From positions 1,798,001 through 1,862,000 of the forward strand of contig OX337229.1 in assembly GCA_946965045.2 (NCBI GenBank): a DNA stretch of 64,000 nt, given 5' to 3'. Positions within the stretch are counted from its first letter, which is position 1. Every line of letters begins with the position of its first letter. A program made the position numbers and the translations under genes. The notes under the pieces are model-generated. The model worked only from the letters and a program-made list of their open reading frames with translations, made no database searches and was not told the origin of the DNA. This stretch comes from Epithemia pelagica. Lineage: Eukaryota > Protista > Bacillariophyta. Of this stretch, positions 45,025 to 55,834 are shown one piece after another.

Positions 45025-48000
45025 CTACTCTGACTCGTAGTCGTTGTCCCAATTCGTAGACTCATCTGAGTCTTCATTCAAATCATTCGTATCATCCAAC
45101 TTCGGGTCGTACAATATTTCCACTCCCACATCCCAGTCAAACTGATACTCGTTTACGTCGTCGTCATCTTTGTCGTTCTTTGACTCGTCATTGGTTCCTT
45201 CCGTTGTTCGAACAAGTTGTCCGAACTCAATGGTGCCGCCATTATCCTTGACCCACGTGCGAAATTTCGTCATTTCTTCTGGTGTCCTTGCATCTATTTT
45301 TGCTCTCATCGTTTCCAGATCATACCCCAGCATGAAAATCATTCGTCGCTGTATCCATCTTGCCATTGGACGCAATCGAGACCTTTGCCCCTGTCCCTTA
45401 TTCACTGCTCCACCTCTTTGCGTCCTGTTAAAGTAGAAGCTTTTAAAGGCCGAGTTAAAAGCCTCCCACCCTTGTTGCGAGTGGTTCGTTAAGTTTCGCC
45501 AATGCAACAGATACTCTCCAATATGCCCACTACCGATGTAATGGGCATAGTTCGTGATGCCGTCGTCTCCATAGAGCTCGACCCAATCGCGGTACCACAA
45601 GTCGGCATGCTTCTGGTACTGGAAGATTTGTTCGTCAGACAGTCGCTCCCGGATCTTAAGAATGTCAAAGGACGCCGAGTAGTGCTGCATACATCGGTCC
45701 CATAGCTTCTTGTCCTCCTCGTCAACGATGCACATATTCACCACCTTGGCTATCTCAACAATCAGTTTCCGTATTTGGACGTTGTTCATTGAAACCACGC
45801 CAATTGTCTTGGTACTATTTTCAAAGGGAATCTCGTACTGGAATGCCAAGTCAGCAGTTCCCAGGATTTCGGTGTTCATACATTTCTGTAGGCCCCTGAG
45901 GAATGCCTTGCACTGTTTGTCGACGGAAGAGCGGGCACCAATTTCAATCCACGGTAGTAGATTGTTTTTGGCGTTTGCCAATCCACTACGAAAGCACATG
46001 GTGAGAATTTTCTGTCCCATACGCATCTCCATGTGCAGTATGCATGGTAGGGCGTCCATTACCATAACCAATGCTGTGCATAGAGACCCCTTTCCGAAGA
46101 GACGCAAGCAGTCACAACAATCCACGTATTGCCATTCAGAGATTAGTTGTCGTCTGAGTCTATCTTGGCATTCAAACACAGTTCCCTCGATTGGCAACTT
46201 CCTTAGTTTGAGGTCCTTGACGAGGAATCCCGAGTACTTTGTCTTTGATTGCCGTGACGCAGAGGAGAGATCGAAATGAATGGATGTAATGGTGCTTCGT
46301 TGTAGGTCATCGTCAGGCATCCGGGGATCCATAGCTTTCGTCATGTGGACTTTGGACTTTTTCCAGATTGTTTCGATCTGGTTTGTAACATGAGGCATGT
46401 CTTTCTCATACTTATCCATTTCCGCCTTCCGTACACTCACGTAATCAGCTGTACAAATGGGGAAATGCCGACAGACCCAATCCTCGTCTGTATCGGCATA
46501 CCCCATATGGTCACACCACTTGCAGTCTTCAGGTGAACCTAGACCTTTGGTCAGGTTGTCACTTGAGATGTGGCATTTAGCGCAAGGATACTTAGCTACC
46601 TTGACTGCACCTCCCTTGTCAGCTACCTTCATGTCACACGCCATATCCGCATTCAGCGGATTGTACACTTTCTTAATGCCGTAGGCTTTTGGTAGGACCT
46701 TCTCCGCTGCCTCTTTGTTTTCCTTCAAAACCCGAGAGAATATTCCTCGTACCGTGTTCTTCTTCTCTCGACCAATGATGCAGTAGGTAGGTACACAAGC
46801 CGCCTGGGACCGTTGAAGTGGGTTTGAGTCATCATTGTACTTGAAACCCCTGAGTGTATGTTGGAGTGATTTGGTGAGGCCTGCACCATCCATTGTTGAA
46901 GCTACTGTGTGTTCTCGCTCCTTCGCTGGTCCATCTAACGCATTATTTGTTCGGAGTATTCCAGTCATGCTGTCGGCTCCACGAAATATGAATCCCTCCG
47001 ATCCGTCTTTGGTATTCCGGATGGTATGGAATGGAACGATACTATCCGCAAACTTTTCAATTTCTTGTTGGGCTTTCTTCATTGCAGCTGCACTTGGAAT
47101 TAGAGTATGCTTTCCCTTTTTCCCATTCGATTTGCATTTCCGAAGTAATTCCAAACCAGACAAGCTCAGGACACCCCCAGCCATGTCCATTTCGCGAAGA
47201 AGGTTAAAGGGAGCGAAACATGTATCTCGTAGATGTTTGGATACAGCTTTTACTATTATATCACGAGCTTGTGTGCCATGGAGGTTGTCTTTCATCAACA
47301 TGTTCGTGAGCATCCGAAAAAATTTGTCCGACCGCTGACTTCCAATCTGATGATTCTTAACGGACGCGCAGATGACTTCCTTGATATGCCGAACAATCAT
47401 CTCGGCATTCTCCTCGTTCGAAATACTCTTTGGAACAATCTTGAGCTCTTTTGAATTGTTCGTTTGAACGCGCTTCTCAAGGTAATAGATTCTGTCAAGA
47501 CGAGCTTTGTTTTTGGCACGTTGTTCTTGTAATCGACGTTTGAGGGTTGCGTTCTTTTCGCCTTCTTTTGAAAGCTTCTTTTTCAAACACTCAACTTGCA
47601 TCAGCAGTCCATTCACTAGGGATACGGTGTACTGTTTCCGTTCTTCTTCTTCTTCTTGATTGGTTTGGGTAACAGGAGTGGTCGATTTGTCTCGTTCCAG
47701 GATCTGTGGAATGGTCATTCCTCGACTTGGATCAGAGGGGGAACGGGTGCTGTCTAAAGGTATATCAAAGTTATCTAGGACATCTGGTAGAAAGGAATCG
47801 TCAGGAGCACGGTCCGATTCAATTCCATCGTCGTCATCAGCTATATGAAAGAGAGTTGATTGGGTTGGGTTCGTTGGAACAGTTCCTGTTGTCTGGGCTG
47901 TGGTAAGTGCCTCTGTATCCGCTTGTGTTGGTGTTGGCGTGGACAAAACATCTTTCTCAACCACATTGCCATTCGAGGGAGATGGTTTGAGGTCGTCCGA

Positions 48001-48651
48001 AACTTCAACAGGGTCTTCGGGAGACAAACGTGCTGGAGAATTCTCGTCATCGGATTGGGTATCAACTGTTGGGTTCTTGGGGCGAGGGGGGGATTCTTCC
48101 ATGGTTTGACTTGGTGAAGGCAGAACATCCAATTTCTTCTTCTTACTCAATGGCGATGTTTCGATTTGGAGTCCTTTCTGTGCTGCAAGTTTCTTCTCTT
48201 GCCTCTTTCTCTTTTCTTCTTGTTTCTTTTTTTCTTGACGTTTCTTCTCGTCCGTCTTGCGATCGGTGGGGAAAATTACATTTTTGTGGAAGGCTTTGCA
48301 ACCGTAAAGGCCTGAGAACCGATTGACATAGAGATGTGGAGATGACCTTTCTCTGTTGTCGGCATGCTCACAGTTCAAGCAAAAGAAGAATCCACCTTGG
48401 TATCGGGCCTCCCTTTCGAGCCCGAATACAGAGCAAGGCTTCCTGAAATGATGTTTGAAGGTTTGTCTGATTTTGGCTATCCTCTTCCTTTCAGTGAAAC
48501 TGTTGTCAATCGTTGTGCCATTCTTTCTTCTCATCGCCCTTGTCTGCATGCTGGGCGACGGAGGAAGTTCTTCTATGATGCGTGAGGAACGACGGACGGG
48601 TGCAGGAGGTGCCTTGACGCCTTGTGTGGCATCTTTTGGCTGTGGAGCCAT
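45025..48651 (-). CDS. RAG1-like / Transib-superfamily DDE transposase (1208 aa)
   Basis: Collinear motifs vs the RAG1 core: STMDGAG, RSQAACVP, NADM, KYPCAKC, LPCILH, SMNNVQIRKL, GITNYAHYIGSGH, SQQGWEAFN; long low-complexity/coiled-coil N-terminus with a Cys/His cluster. Confidence 0.82.
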   Translation of the reverse strand: MAPQPKDATQGVKAPPAPVRRSSRIIEELPPSPSMQTRAMRRKNGTTIDNSFTERKRIAKIRQTFKHHFRKPCSVFGLEREARYQGGFFFCLNCEHADNRERSSPHLYVNRFSGLYGCKAFHKNVIFPTDRKTDEKKRQEKKKQEEKRKRQEKKLAAQKGLQIETSPLSKKKKLDVLPSPSQTMEESPPRPKNPTVDTQSDDENSPARLSPEDPVEVSDDLKPSPSNGNVVEKDVLSTPTPTQADTEALTTAQTTGTVPTNPTQSTLFHIADDDDGIESDRAPDDSFLPDVLDNFDIPLDSTRSPSDPSRGMTIPQILERDKSTTPVTQTNQEEEEERKQYTVSLVNGLLMQVECLKKKLSKEGEKNATLKRRLQEQRAKNKARLDRIYYLEKRVQTNNSKELKIVPKSISNEENAEMIVRHIKEVICASVKNHQIGSQRSDKFFRMLTNMLMKDNLHGTQARDIIVKAVSKHLRDTCFAPFNLLREMDMAGGVLSLSGLELLRKCKSNGKKGKHTLIPSAAAMKKAQQEIEKFADSIVPFHTIRNTKDGSEGFIFRGADSMTGILRTNNALDGPAKEREHTVASTMDGAGLTKSLQHTLRGFKYNDDSNPLQRSQAACVPTYCIIGREKKNTVRGIFSRVLKENKEAAEKVLPKAYGIKKVYNPLNADMACDMKVADKGGAVKVAKYPCAKCHISSDNLTKGLGSPEDCKWCDHMGYADTDEDWVCRHFPICTADYVSVRKAEMDKYEKDMPHVTNQIETIWKKSKVHMTKAMDPRMPDDDLQRSTITSIHFDLSSASRQSKTKYSGFLVKDLKLRKLPIEGTVFECQDRLRRQLISEWQYVDCCDCLRLFGKGSLCTALVMVMDALPCILHMEMRMGQKILTMCFRSGLANAKNNLLPWIEIGARSSVDKQCKAFLRGLQKCMNTEILGTADLAFQYEIPFENSTKTIGVVSMNNVQIRKLIVEIAKVVNMCIVDEEDKKLWDRCMQHYSASFDILKIRERLSDEQIFQYQKHADLWYRDWVELYGDDGITNYAHYIGSGHIGEYLLHWRNLTNHSQQGWEAFNSAFKSFYFNRTQRGGAVNKGQGQRSRLRPMARWIQRRMIFMLGYDLETMRAKIDARTPEEMTKFRTWVKDNGGTIEFGQLVRTTEGTNDESKNDKDDDDVNEYQFDWDVGVEILYDPKLDDTNDLNEDSDESTNWDNDYESE

Positions 48652-49400
48652 GGTTGCTTGGATCCAATAAGATCAGTGACGACCCAAATAGTGCTTCTAT
48701 GCCTTGTAGGCAAAAGAGACGAGGGAGGGGTCATTCTACATTCGTCGATCTCTCAAAAGATGAGAGAGAGGCCCAATCGTTAGGATAATAAAGGGAGAGT
48801 TTAGAAATGTCGATTAATGTGCGACTAGGTGGTGTATGCTGTCTACGTGGATATATATAAAGTAATGTTACGAATGGTCCAGCTCGGGAGGAGGCCGGGC
48901 ACGGCAGTGGTTCTATTCTCATAAATTGGAGGGGGTTTCCGTTGGGCTTTGCAACACGAATGCTGGACCGGTAACTCTGATCTAAGGTCGGGAATCCAAA
49001 GGAGATACATAGAAGAAGGATTTTGGATACTTACATCAGCGTTACATGGATACAATGGACTTCGTCTTGGGCATCCAATGGAGAGGAGATGCTCAAGAGT
49101 GGTTTTTGGGTCTGGGATCGGGTTGTATTTAACTAAAATCTCTTTGTACTGTTTCGCCTATAGTGGGTTTTTGGGTTTCTGAGATGGTCTAGACAGCCCG
49201 AAAGAGATGCATGCGCGCGACTTGGGGTACCAAGTGCTGCCTATGTCGTGACGATACTCTGAGTAGTAGAAGGATTACCTACGTTTTGAGTCCATTACCG
49301 GAAGTTGCTGCAAATCGCGATTTCCCCACCTTCGTAAACACAAGTTCACCAACACAGCACAACATCCACACATTCAACAACAACGAACGCTATAACAACC

Positions 49401-50741
49401 ATGCCGTCTCGAATCAATAAGACACCGTGGTCCGAGGCAGAAGACGATCGTCTTCTGAGGGCTCTGAGTGTCTATCAGCGACACAACAACAACGCGCGAG
49501 TAGAGGACGTAGACTGGGACGACATTGCCCGGAGTGTGCCTGGGAGAGGGGTAGTGGCCTGTGCGGCCAGATTTGGAAGCCTTCACGCGCAAGGGAAATA
49601 TTTTGCCACAGTCAACGAAGTTTGGCCTCAGAAGCAGGTCTCCACCAAAAAAATCAAGGTTGACAATTGGGATACTTGCCGAGCGAAAGTTGTGCGTTTG
49701 CGTGCCCCGAATTTTAATCGACTTCAGCTCAGGGGAGACCACCGCGAGCCGAAAGAATTCGTCCACACATACAACGGTGCGATGGACGCATCCACCAAAG
49801 TCGCTGATTCCATAACAACGGTAAACGACGATTTGATTCCAGTTGACATTTTTGGACACAGATCAGTAGCAGCAGAGAAGGCGCACTTGCTTCCCAAAGC
49901 TAGAGGTGATGCGATCACCTGGAACTATCCAGGCTGCGCCGTACTTGGATTGGATGTGAATACGGATGTGAATACGGATGTTATAACGAAGGCTTTGTTA
50001 GGGTGCCAAGACTCACAGAGGAAATACCCCGGTATTCGGAACCTGCTCTGTAACATTGTAAGAATGTCCAACCAAGGCCATCTTTTCGACAGGAATCCCC
50101 ATGTTTTTGTCTTCCCAATTTGTTCTCTCGATTGGGTAAAAACATGGGCCGGACAAGGCTACGATACCATTGTTCTCTGCGAGTCAGCTGACGCTTCTCG
50201 TGAGATTGGAATGACAAGTGTGACACTTGAAACCGCGATGACAGCAACGCTCGACGAAATTAATATTGCCGGGAGACTGGCCTCTACAATTTGTGAGTTT
50301 CTTGGTCACAGTGTGCTTCAGAAAGAGGCGAAAAAAGTGAATCAATACCAAGACAGTCGCGGTAGTTCGGCATATCAACAATTTCGAGAGGAAAAAACGA
50401 TATCCGCCCCATTTCATCTGTCTCCTTTACACCATAAACCCGTGCTCAAAATTTCTTTTGCTGGGCATGATGACAGTGATACGCAAGGCAAACATCCTGC
50501 GCCCGACCCAATGCTACTTGCTTTCAAGACATGCAACAATTGGTGCCGGAAACATGATGGCTTTCGAATGGTAGCTGGGGCTGAACCATTGGACCTTGAT
50601 GATGATCTGTCTGAGGAAGGGAAACGAAATCTACAGGAGTATCTCGTTTGGCAAGCCTCCATGCAAAAAAAGCAGCGTCACGACGAGATCATGGATTTGT
50701 TTGGCAATAGTGGAGGAGTAATCACTGGGTCCACGACGTAA
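49401..50741 (+). CDS. Myb/SANT domain fused to an HNH-like nuclease-fold domain (446 aa)
   Basis: PWSEAEDDRLL...VDWDDIARSVPGRGVVACAARF (Myb); DIFG...AEKAHLLP...NIVRM...LFD pattern resembling eukaryotic HNH/Crinkler-type C-terminal domains. Confidence 0.6.
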   Translation: MPSRINKTPWSEAEDDRLLRALSVYQRHNNNARVEDVDWDDIARSVPGRGVVACAARFGSLHAQGKYFATVNEVWPQKQVSTKKIKVDNWDTCRAKVVRLRAPNFNRLQLRGDHREPKEFVHTYNGAMDASTKVADSITTVNDDLIPVDIFGHRSVAAEKAHLLPKARGDAITWNYPGCAVLGLDVNTDVNTDVITKALLGCQDSQRKYPGIRNLLCNIVRMSNQGHLFDRNPHVFVFPICSLDWVKTWAGQGYDTIVLCESADASREIGMTSVTLETAMTATLDEINIAGRLASTICEFLGHSVLQKEAKKVNQYQDSRGSSAYQQFREEKTISAPFHLSPLHHKPVLKISFAGHDDSDTQGKHPAPDPMLLAFKTCNNWCRKHDGFRMVAGAEPLDLDDDLSEEGKRNLQEYLVWQASMQKKQRHDEIMDLFGNSGGVITGSTT

Positions 50742-50829
50742 AACATTAGCATGCAAGGGTTGTCGTAATGCGACAAACAAATATACACACACACAAACGA
50801 GGGAAGTTCTGCATAAAGAAATAAATCTT

Positions 50830-51903
50830 TTACATTCCTTCATGTCTCAGAAGCCCGACCACGGTCTCATAGGCTGAAAAGCGGCTTCCCGAAACAACAA
50901 AGGCTCGCAGTATACTAGGACCCACACCGACATACAAGCCAACTATCCCTTTCTCTGCCAGTAGTTGCTGGACGATCAGGCGGTAGGATGATCGGCTACT
51001 GTAACTCAAATCTCCTTGTCCCTGCACGCGGGCTCGAATGCAGTCCAAGGGAAAACTGACGGTCCACGCAATGGAACCAGCCAAACCTCCCGCCACAGGA
51101 ATGGACCAACGACTATAGTTTGCCGGTGATTGTCCCATACGACTTTGTTGTTGAGAATGGAACTGGTACCGCAGCCCTTCATAGACAAAAAAGTAGGTGG
51201 AGAGAAAGGCTGCTTCACGTGCTGTATTTACGACATGGCCAGTGTACACTCCGGATACTCCGTGATTGGCCAGTATGTACTGGAGACATTGCAGTGAATT
51301 GCGGTATCGTTGCGTATGTTGCTGATGGCTCAGTACATTGGTCAGTTGCATTTGGGTCTTGACGAGATTTTCCACCGTTGACACCACAGACGCAATGGGT
51401 CCACAGAGTCCACCAGCAATGCCATTCCACACATTCCACGACTTTCGTTTCCCTCGTCCCAGTCACGTGTGAAATCCAGAGTATGAAGCAAAATTGATGG
51501 TATTCAAAATTGACAGGGACAGTAAGGGAGGTCCAACTCCCTTGTACATACCAATCAATCCTTAAGTTTGAAGGATTTGTATACCAGTCCACAGCATTCC
51601 ACCTTGTGCTCGGCGAATCACGGTATTGCTAGAGGTGGTGGCCGAGGAAAGCGGTGACGACGATGTCTGCATGCGAGTTTTGATAACATCCAAAGGATAA
51701 CCAATCACTGTGTAATGTGTTGAGATAATACAGAGTGTTTCGAATTTACAGTCAGCGCGTCATTCGGTGGACGTGTCCTTTTTCCATGCGACAAAAAGTT
51801 TTGAACGATACGCACCGGTACCCAGTATCCCAGCTGAAAGGCCTCCAGCAGCCTCTTGGGTCAGAGAAAGAGGCACAGACAATCGCTGTTTGTTCTCCTC
51901 CAT
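50830..51903 (-). pseudogene. mitochondrial carrier (SLC25) with two premature stops; exons 51816-51903, 50830-51707
   Basis: MEENKQRLSVPLSLTQEAAGGLSAGILGTV-IGYPLDVIKTRMQ; carrier motifs PLDVIKTR, ENLVKTQ, PLDCIRAR; in-frame TAA 51562-51564 and TGA 51463-51465. Confidence 0.85.
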
Positions 51904-52517
51904 TGTGAATGTATAGATGTCGCTCTTGTTGCTCCTCGTGTGTTGTATTCATTGGCATCAACTAGGTACGCAAAAGCGACTGCAAATTTGGAGGGAGAGA
52001 TAGTTTCTGGGCGATGTGGGGCCCGGAAAAACGGTTCGTCTCTATGTGGCCCCTTGTCACACAAGCGGGCTGTCCCCCCGCTCCATGATTCCGAGCCAGG
52101 GCAGTCGGTCGACTTAACCCCAGGCGGTAGAGTGGGTGAGCGCGGCAGCTGGAAGAATAGATTCAAACCTTTTTCTGGGCGAAGGGTAGCCATAAGCCAT
52201 AGCCATGGCAATGGAGTAGGAGTACTTCATAACGGTTCCAACGACTCCTTTCCAAAACAAGATCTCTGAACTCTGATGGTATTGACTCTTCTACTCCACT
52301 CCTAGGTATTTCTCTTAACATGAAACTCTACACTCGTTGTTCCTTTTCTGTTCGTCTTGTGTCGCCATCGTATATTGCAGTCGCGCAGAGGGGGAAAGCG
52401 CCTGACAAACCAGGTATTTGTCAGTGTCTGCGGAGGTACGGTCGCCCCCCTCTCCTCCGCCCAGAAACCCAACCTCGTACGTTGTTGCGAGACACCGGAT
52501 CAAGAGATGACAGGAAG

Positions 52518-53270
52518 ATGACAATGGTAGGTGGCTTGGGGCGACGTCCGCCGTTCTACCATGCTATGGTTGCTTTCCTTTACCTTTTGCTTGGTGGTCA
52601 TTTCAGTCTAGTTCTTTCAAGTGATACACCGATAGTGGTAGAGAAGACAGAAAACACAGTTGATGGCGCCCACAAGAACGACCCTGATTGGGTCGTTGTG
52701 TCGACCGAGTTTTTGAACGCTTGTACACACGGCGACGTGGAGATAGTAAAGCGTCTCTTGGACGAGCATGCTGACTGGATCAATGGTAGATCGGGTGACG
52801 GGGAAACATGCTTACATGTTGCCGGTATTTATGGCCAAGCGGCTGTAACGAAATTGCTCTTGACCACAACCACAAAAACGACGAATGGTGAAACAATGGT
52901 GGCCGATCCAAACATTCGAACAACATTTGCGCAAGGATTAAGGATGCATCCCTTGTCCTGGAATGTCTATGCCGGGCATGTCGACACGGCCAAAGTTTTG
53001 CTGGAACATGGGGCCGACCCAAATTTGGACTTTGATGGACCAGCCACGGACCAAGCAAGGTCCGACAACAGTGTTCCCCAACTCACTTCCATTACTGTTA
53101 TGGATGTAATACTACAGATGCTAGCTCATGACGAAACTAGAAAAGATCCCAACATGAAAAGATTTCGTGATATGAAAGAATTGCTGGTAAAGTACAATGC
53201 CAAGACCTACAGAGAACTTTCCGTCTCTGCATCTTCCACGAGTCCAGGGACCGATGAACCTGAACTATGA
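52518..53270 (+). CDS. secretory-pathway ankyrin-repeat protein
   Basis: Signal/TM segment AMVAFLYLLLGGHFSLVLS; ankyrin repeats FLNACTHGDVEIVKRLL, GETCLHVAGIYGQ, HPLSWNVYAGHVDTAKVLLEHGADPN; C-terminal DEPEL. Confidence 0.8.
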   Translation: MTMVGGLGRRPPFYHAMVAFLYLLLGGHFSLVLSSDTPIVVEKTENTVDGAHKNDPDWVVVSTEFLNACTHGDVEIVKRLLDEHADWINGRSGDGETCLHVAGIYGQAAVTKLLLTTTTKTTNGETMVADPNIRTTFAQGLRMHPLSWNVYAGHVDTAKVLLEHGADPNLDFDGPATDQARSDNSVPQLTSITVMDVILQMLAHDETRKDPNMKRFRDMKELLVKYNAKTYRELSVSASSTSPGTDEPEL

Positions 53271-53362
53271 TCAAGGTAGAGTCAAAAGTGGTGTCTGTCT
53301 TCCCCCAGAGGTTTGTTTGTCTCTCGCATTGTAAAATAATTTATTTCTATTAATGCCAACGC

Positions 53363-54148
53363 TTAGACTAACAGAACGGCATTTACGCATCCATCCAGCT
53401 CAGGACTGTTGGTAACTTGTGCCATTTTCCCCCAGGCGACCTTTCCAGTGGTCGTGACCAATCCAAGTTCTGATACATTCACTTCAATCACGGTACCTTT
53501 GGTCAATACACCCAAATTGGTATACATTTGTGAGGATGGATTTTTCTTGACGCCCAAAATATCCAGTTGAAACGTTGTCTTGAGCTCCGGATGGGTCACA
53601 TTGGCTTTTTTCATGCGCAACCCCGTTGGTCGAATGAAACGTTCGTATTTGGGAGCTTTCCGAGTAAAATTTTCTCCCACAAAGGTACATTTGGTCACCA
53701 TACGTTTCCACGCCTTTTGACGCTTAGACCCCGTTCGCAAAACCTTGAACATTTCGTCATCCGCGACAGGTTTGACTTTGGGTATAGGGACTTCCCATTT
53801 TCCAGCCTTGTCCTTTCTCTTTTGTTTTACTGTATTCGACAATACCTTGGCTCGACTAACTCCTTGTCGATCCAACAAATAGGCAGGGACGGCACCATCG
53901 GCCACAGCATCGTCATCGTTCGCATGCTTGTTGTTGCGTTGATTGTGCATAGCAATTGTCTTGCGCATGGTCGCCTTTTCACGAAATCTTTTCTGTTGAT
54001 ACAATTTCGCTCGAATTCCATGAACCTTTTGCGAAAATTCACTCCGTTTGTGGGCCAATCGAGCTTCCTTTTTCCGCTCTCGTTCTTCCGCATCAAAGCG
54101 ACGGCCATGCAACTTGGCATGCCGTTCCATGTGCTCATGCTGCGGCAT
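53363..54148 (-). CDS. NSA2: ribosome biogenesis protein NSA2 (261 aa)
   Basis: [30 protein letters not shown]...[20 protein letters not shown]...GCVNAVLLV; true ATG at 54148. Confidence 0.95.
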   Translation of the reverse strand: MPQHEHMERHAKLHGRRFDAEERERKKEARLAHKRSEFSQKVHGIRAKLYQQKRFREKATMRKTIAMHNQRNNKHANDDDAVADGAVPAYLLDRQGVSRAKVLSNTVKQKRKDKAGKWEVPIPKVKPVADDEMFKVLRTGSKRQKAWKRMVTKCTFVGENFTRKAPKYERFIRPTGLRMKKANVTHPELKTTFQLDILGVKKNPSSQMYTNLGVLTKGTVIEVNVSELGLVTTTGKVAWGKMAQVTNSPELDGCVNAVLLV

Positions 54149-54475
54149 CTTGTATGTTCTGTAACTCTTAGAATAGACGACCGTGAAAGGAAGTAACCTT
54201 GCAAACAACGATTTGTCGCCAACGTTGTGAACATGCTGCGCATGCGACGATTGGTCGTCCATGAAACGCTGCGGACTACCGACAGACGGTGAAGTTTAGC
54301 GACCTTAAACGCGACCTCCATGCGACCTATCTTTTTATGCACATGCGTGGTCGAATGAATGATTCAACGACCCACGAGACGATGAGAGAAGCGAAGCGAA
54401 CACAAGATGATATAAAAAGGGAGAGCCCGACTCCTGTCAGAAAAACAGTTGAAACGAACAAACAACGAAAGCAAA

Positions 54476-55195
54476 ATGGGAATGGTATTCGGAAGACAAA
54501 CGGTGGCAGAGCCATCGTTTGAAGTCATCTACAAACATCCATCGGCACTGTCGTACGAAATTCGAAGGTACGGGCAACGGTTTGCGGCGCAGGTATCCTA
54601 CAATGATTTGATGAAGGAGGCGGACGGTGACAAGAAAGAGGGAGAAGATCCGAACCGGTCCCCGTTCTCTGTTCTGGCTAAATACATTGGTGTGTTCGGC
54701 ACACCAGAGAATGAAAGCCAACAATCCATTAGTATGACGGCACCGGTTGTCAAGGACGGTCAGGGGGAACCTGTCAAGATCGCCATGACGGCACCTGTTG
54801 TCATGGACAACAAGCACAACAAGGCCAGCCAAAACGGCATGACAATGGCCTTTATTCTACCTGCAGAATACGACTCCATAACCAAAATCCCCAAACCGAC
54901 CAACCCGGCCGTGCACATCAAGGAACTTCCTCCCGCTGTTGGTGCTGTGCATGTGTACTCGGGAAGTCACTCGGATGAATTGTGCGGCGGAAAGGCTGAA
55001 GCTCTGGCCGCACAGTTACGTTCGGATGGATTGGAAGAGATTACCAACGAATACGCGCTAGAACGCTATCAGTTTTGGGGTTATAATCCACCGTTTACAC
55101 TGCCCATGTTTCGACGAAACGAAGTTTGGATTGAACTTACGGAAAACCAAGTCAAGCAGCTTGTCAATGGCATGGATTCCCAAAATCCAAACTAA
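54476..55195 (+). CDS. SOUL heme-binding family protein
   Basis: MGMVFGRQTVAEPSFEV, YEIRRY, LAKYIG, IAMTAPV, MAFILP, YNPPFTLPMFRRNEVW. Confidence 0.9.
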   Translation: MGMVFGRQTVAEPSFEVIYKHPSALSYEIRRYGQRFAAQVSYNDLMKEADGDKKEGEDPNRSPFSVLAKYIGVFGTPENESQQSISMTAPVVKDGQGEPVKIAMTAPVVMDNKHNKASQNGMTMAFILPAEYDSITKIPKPTNPAVHIKELPPAVGAVHVYSGSHSDELCGGKAEALAAQLRSDGLEEITNEYALERYQFWGYNPPFTLPMFRRNEVWIELTENQVKQLVNGMDSQNPN

Positions 55196-55834
55196 AGGAA
55201 CGATGGCTTCTTCCATCCCAATCAGACGGGCAGCAACGATGTACATCATTTCATTTTGCTCGAATACAAAGCATAGGGCCTTTGCTCTAACCATAATATG
55301 AATGACAGCCTGAGATAGCCTCTCTCTATCCGATAATTGTTGTTACTGCAATGTCGGATGCTCCGAAGTTTTGCGTCTGCCCTTCTCGATTCTCGACAAT
55401 GCCTCATGCGCCACCGAAACGTCCCAGCAGGCAGTGTTCCAGACATAGGACGTCAAGGGACGAGATTGTCTGTTGGGGCTTGGGTTTGTTTTTGGGTCTA
55501 ATTTTGGCGTGAGATAGAGCTGTGCAGTGATGCAATCCACAACCTAACAAACAAAGCACAGCATGCGCGACCCACAAACTTCGCTTTCGTCGAGGTCGAT
55601 TGTTTGTGCCTTAGATATATTGGGAGTAATCCCTCTTGCTTTCTCCGTTCACCAGGTTACGACTTATTACGACCCCGGCTGCCAGCGGCCCTGTTCTACT
55701 GGAGATTGACGGTAGAGATCTGAATTCGCGTGAAAGTGGGCGTATTCCGTATTCCGTTCTCGTAACTCGTAAGGCTACGTTACTTCTAGCTAGGAGTCAC
55801 TCTCACCTCTTTCCTCCGTTTTCCGGCGAGAATA

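Larger units (their letters stand above)
42966..49236. mobile_element. candidate RAG1/Transib-like DNA transposon (~6.27 kb) with two convergent genes
   Basis: Imperfect TIRs CACTTGGGATCCCA (42966-42979) and CACTTGGTACCCCA (reverse complement of 49223-49236), 12/14 identical; encloses a RAG1-like ORF and a partner ORF; TSD not seen. Confidence 0.65.

Noticed and set aside
42989-49174. RSS nonamer look-alikes (ACAAAACAT at 42989; CCAAAAACC on the minus strand at 49166-49174)
   Set aside because: Spacers of 16 and 55 nt fit no known rule, and such A/T runs arise easily by chance.
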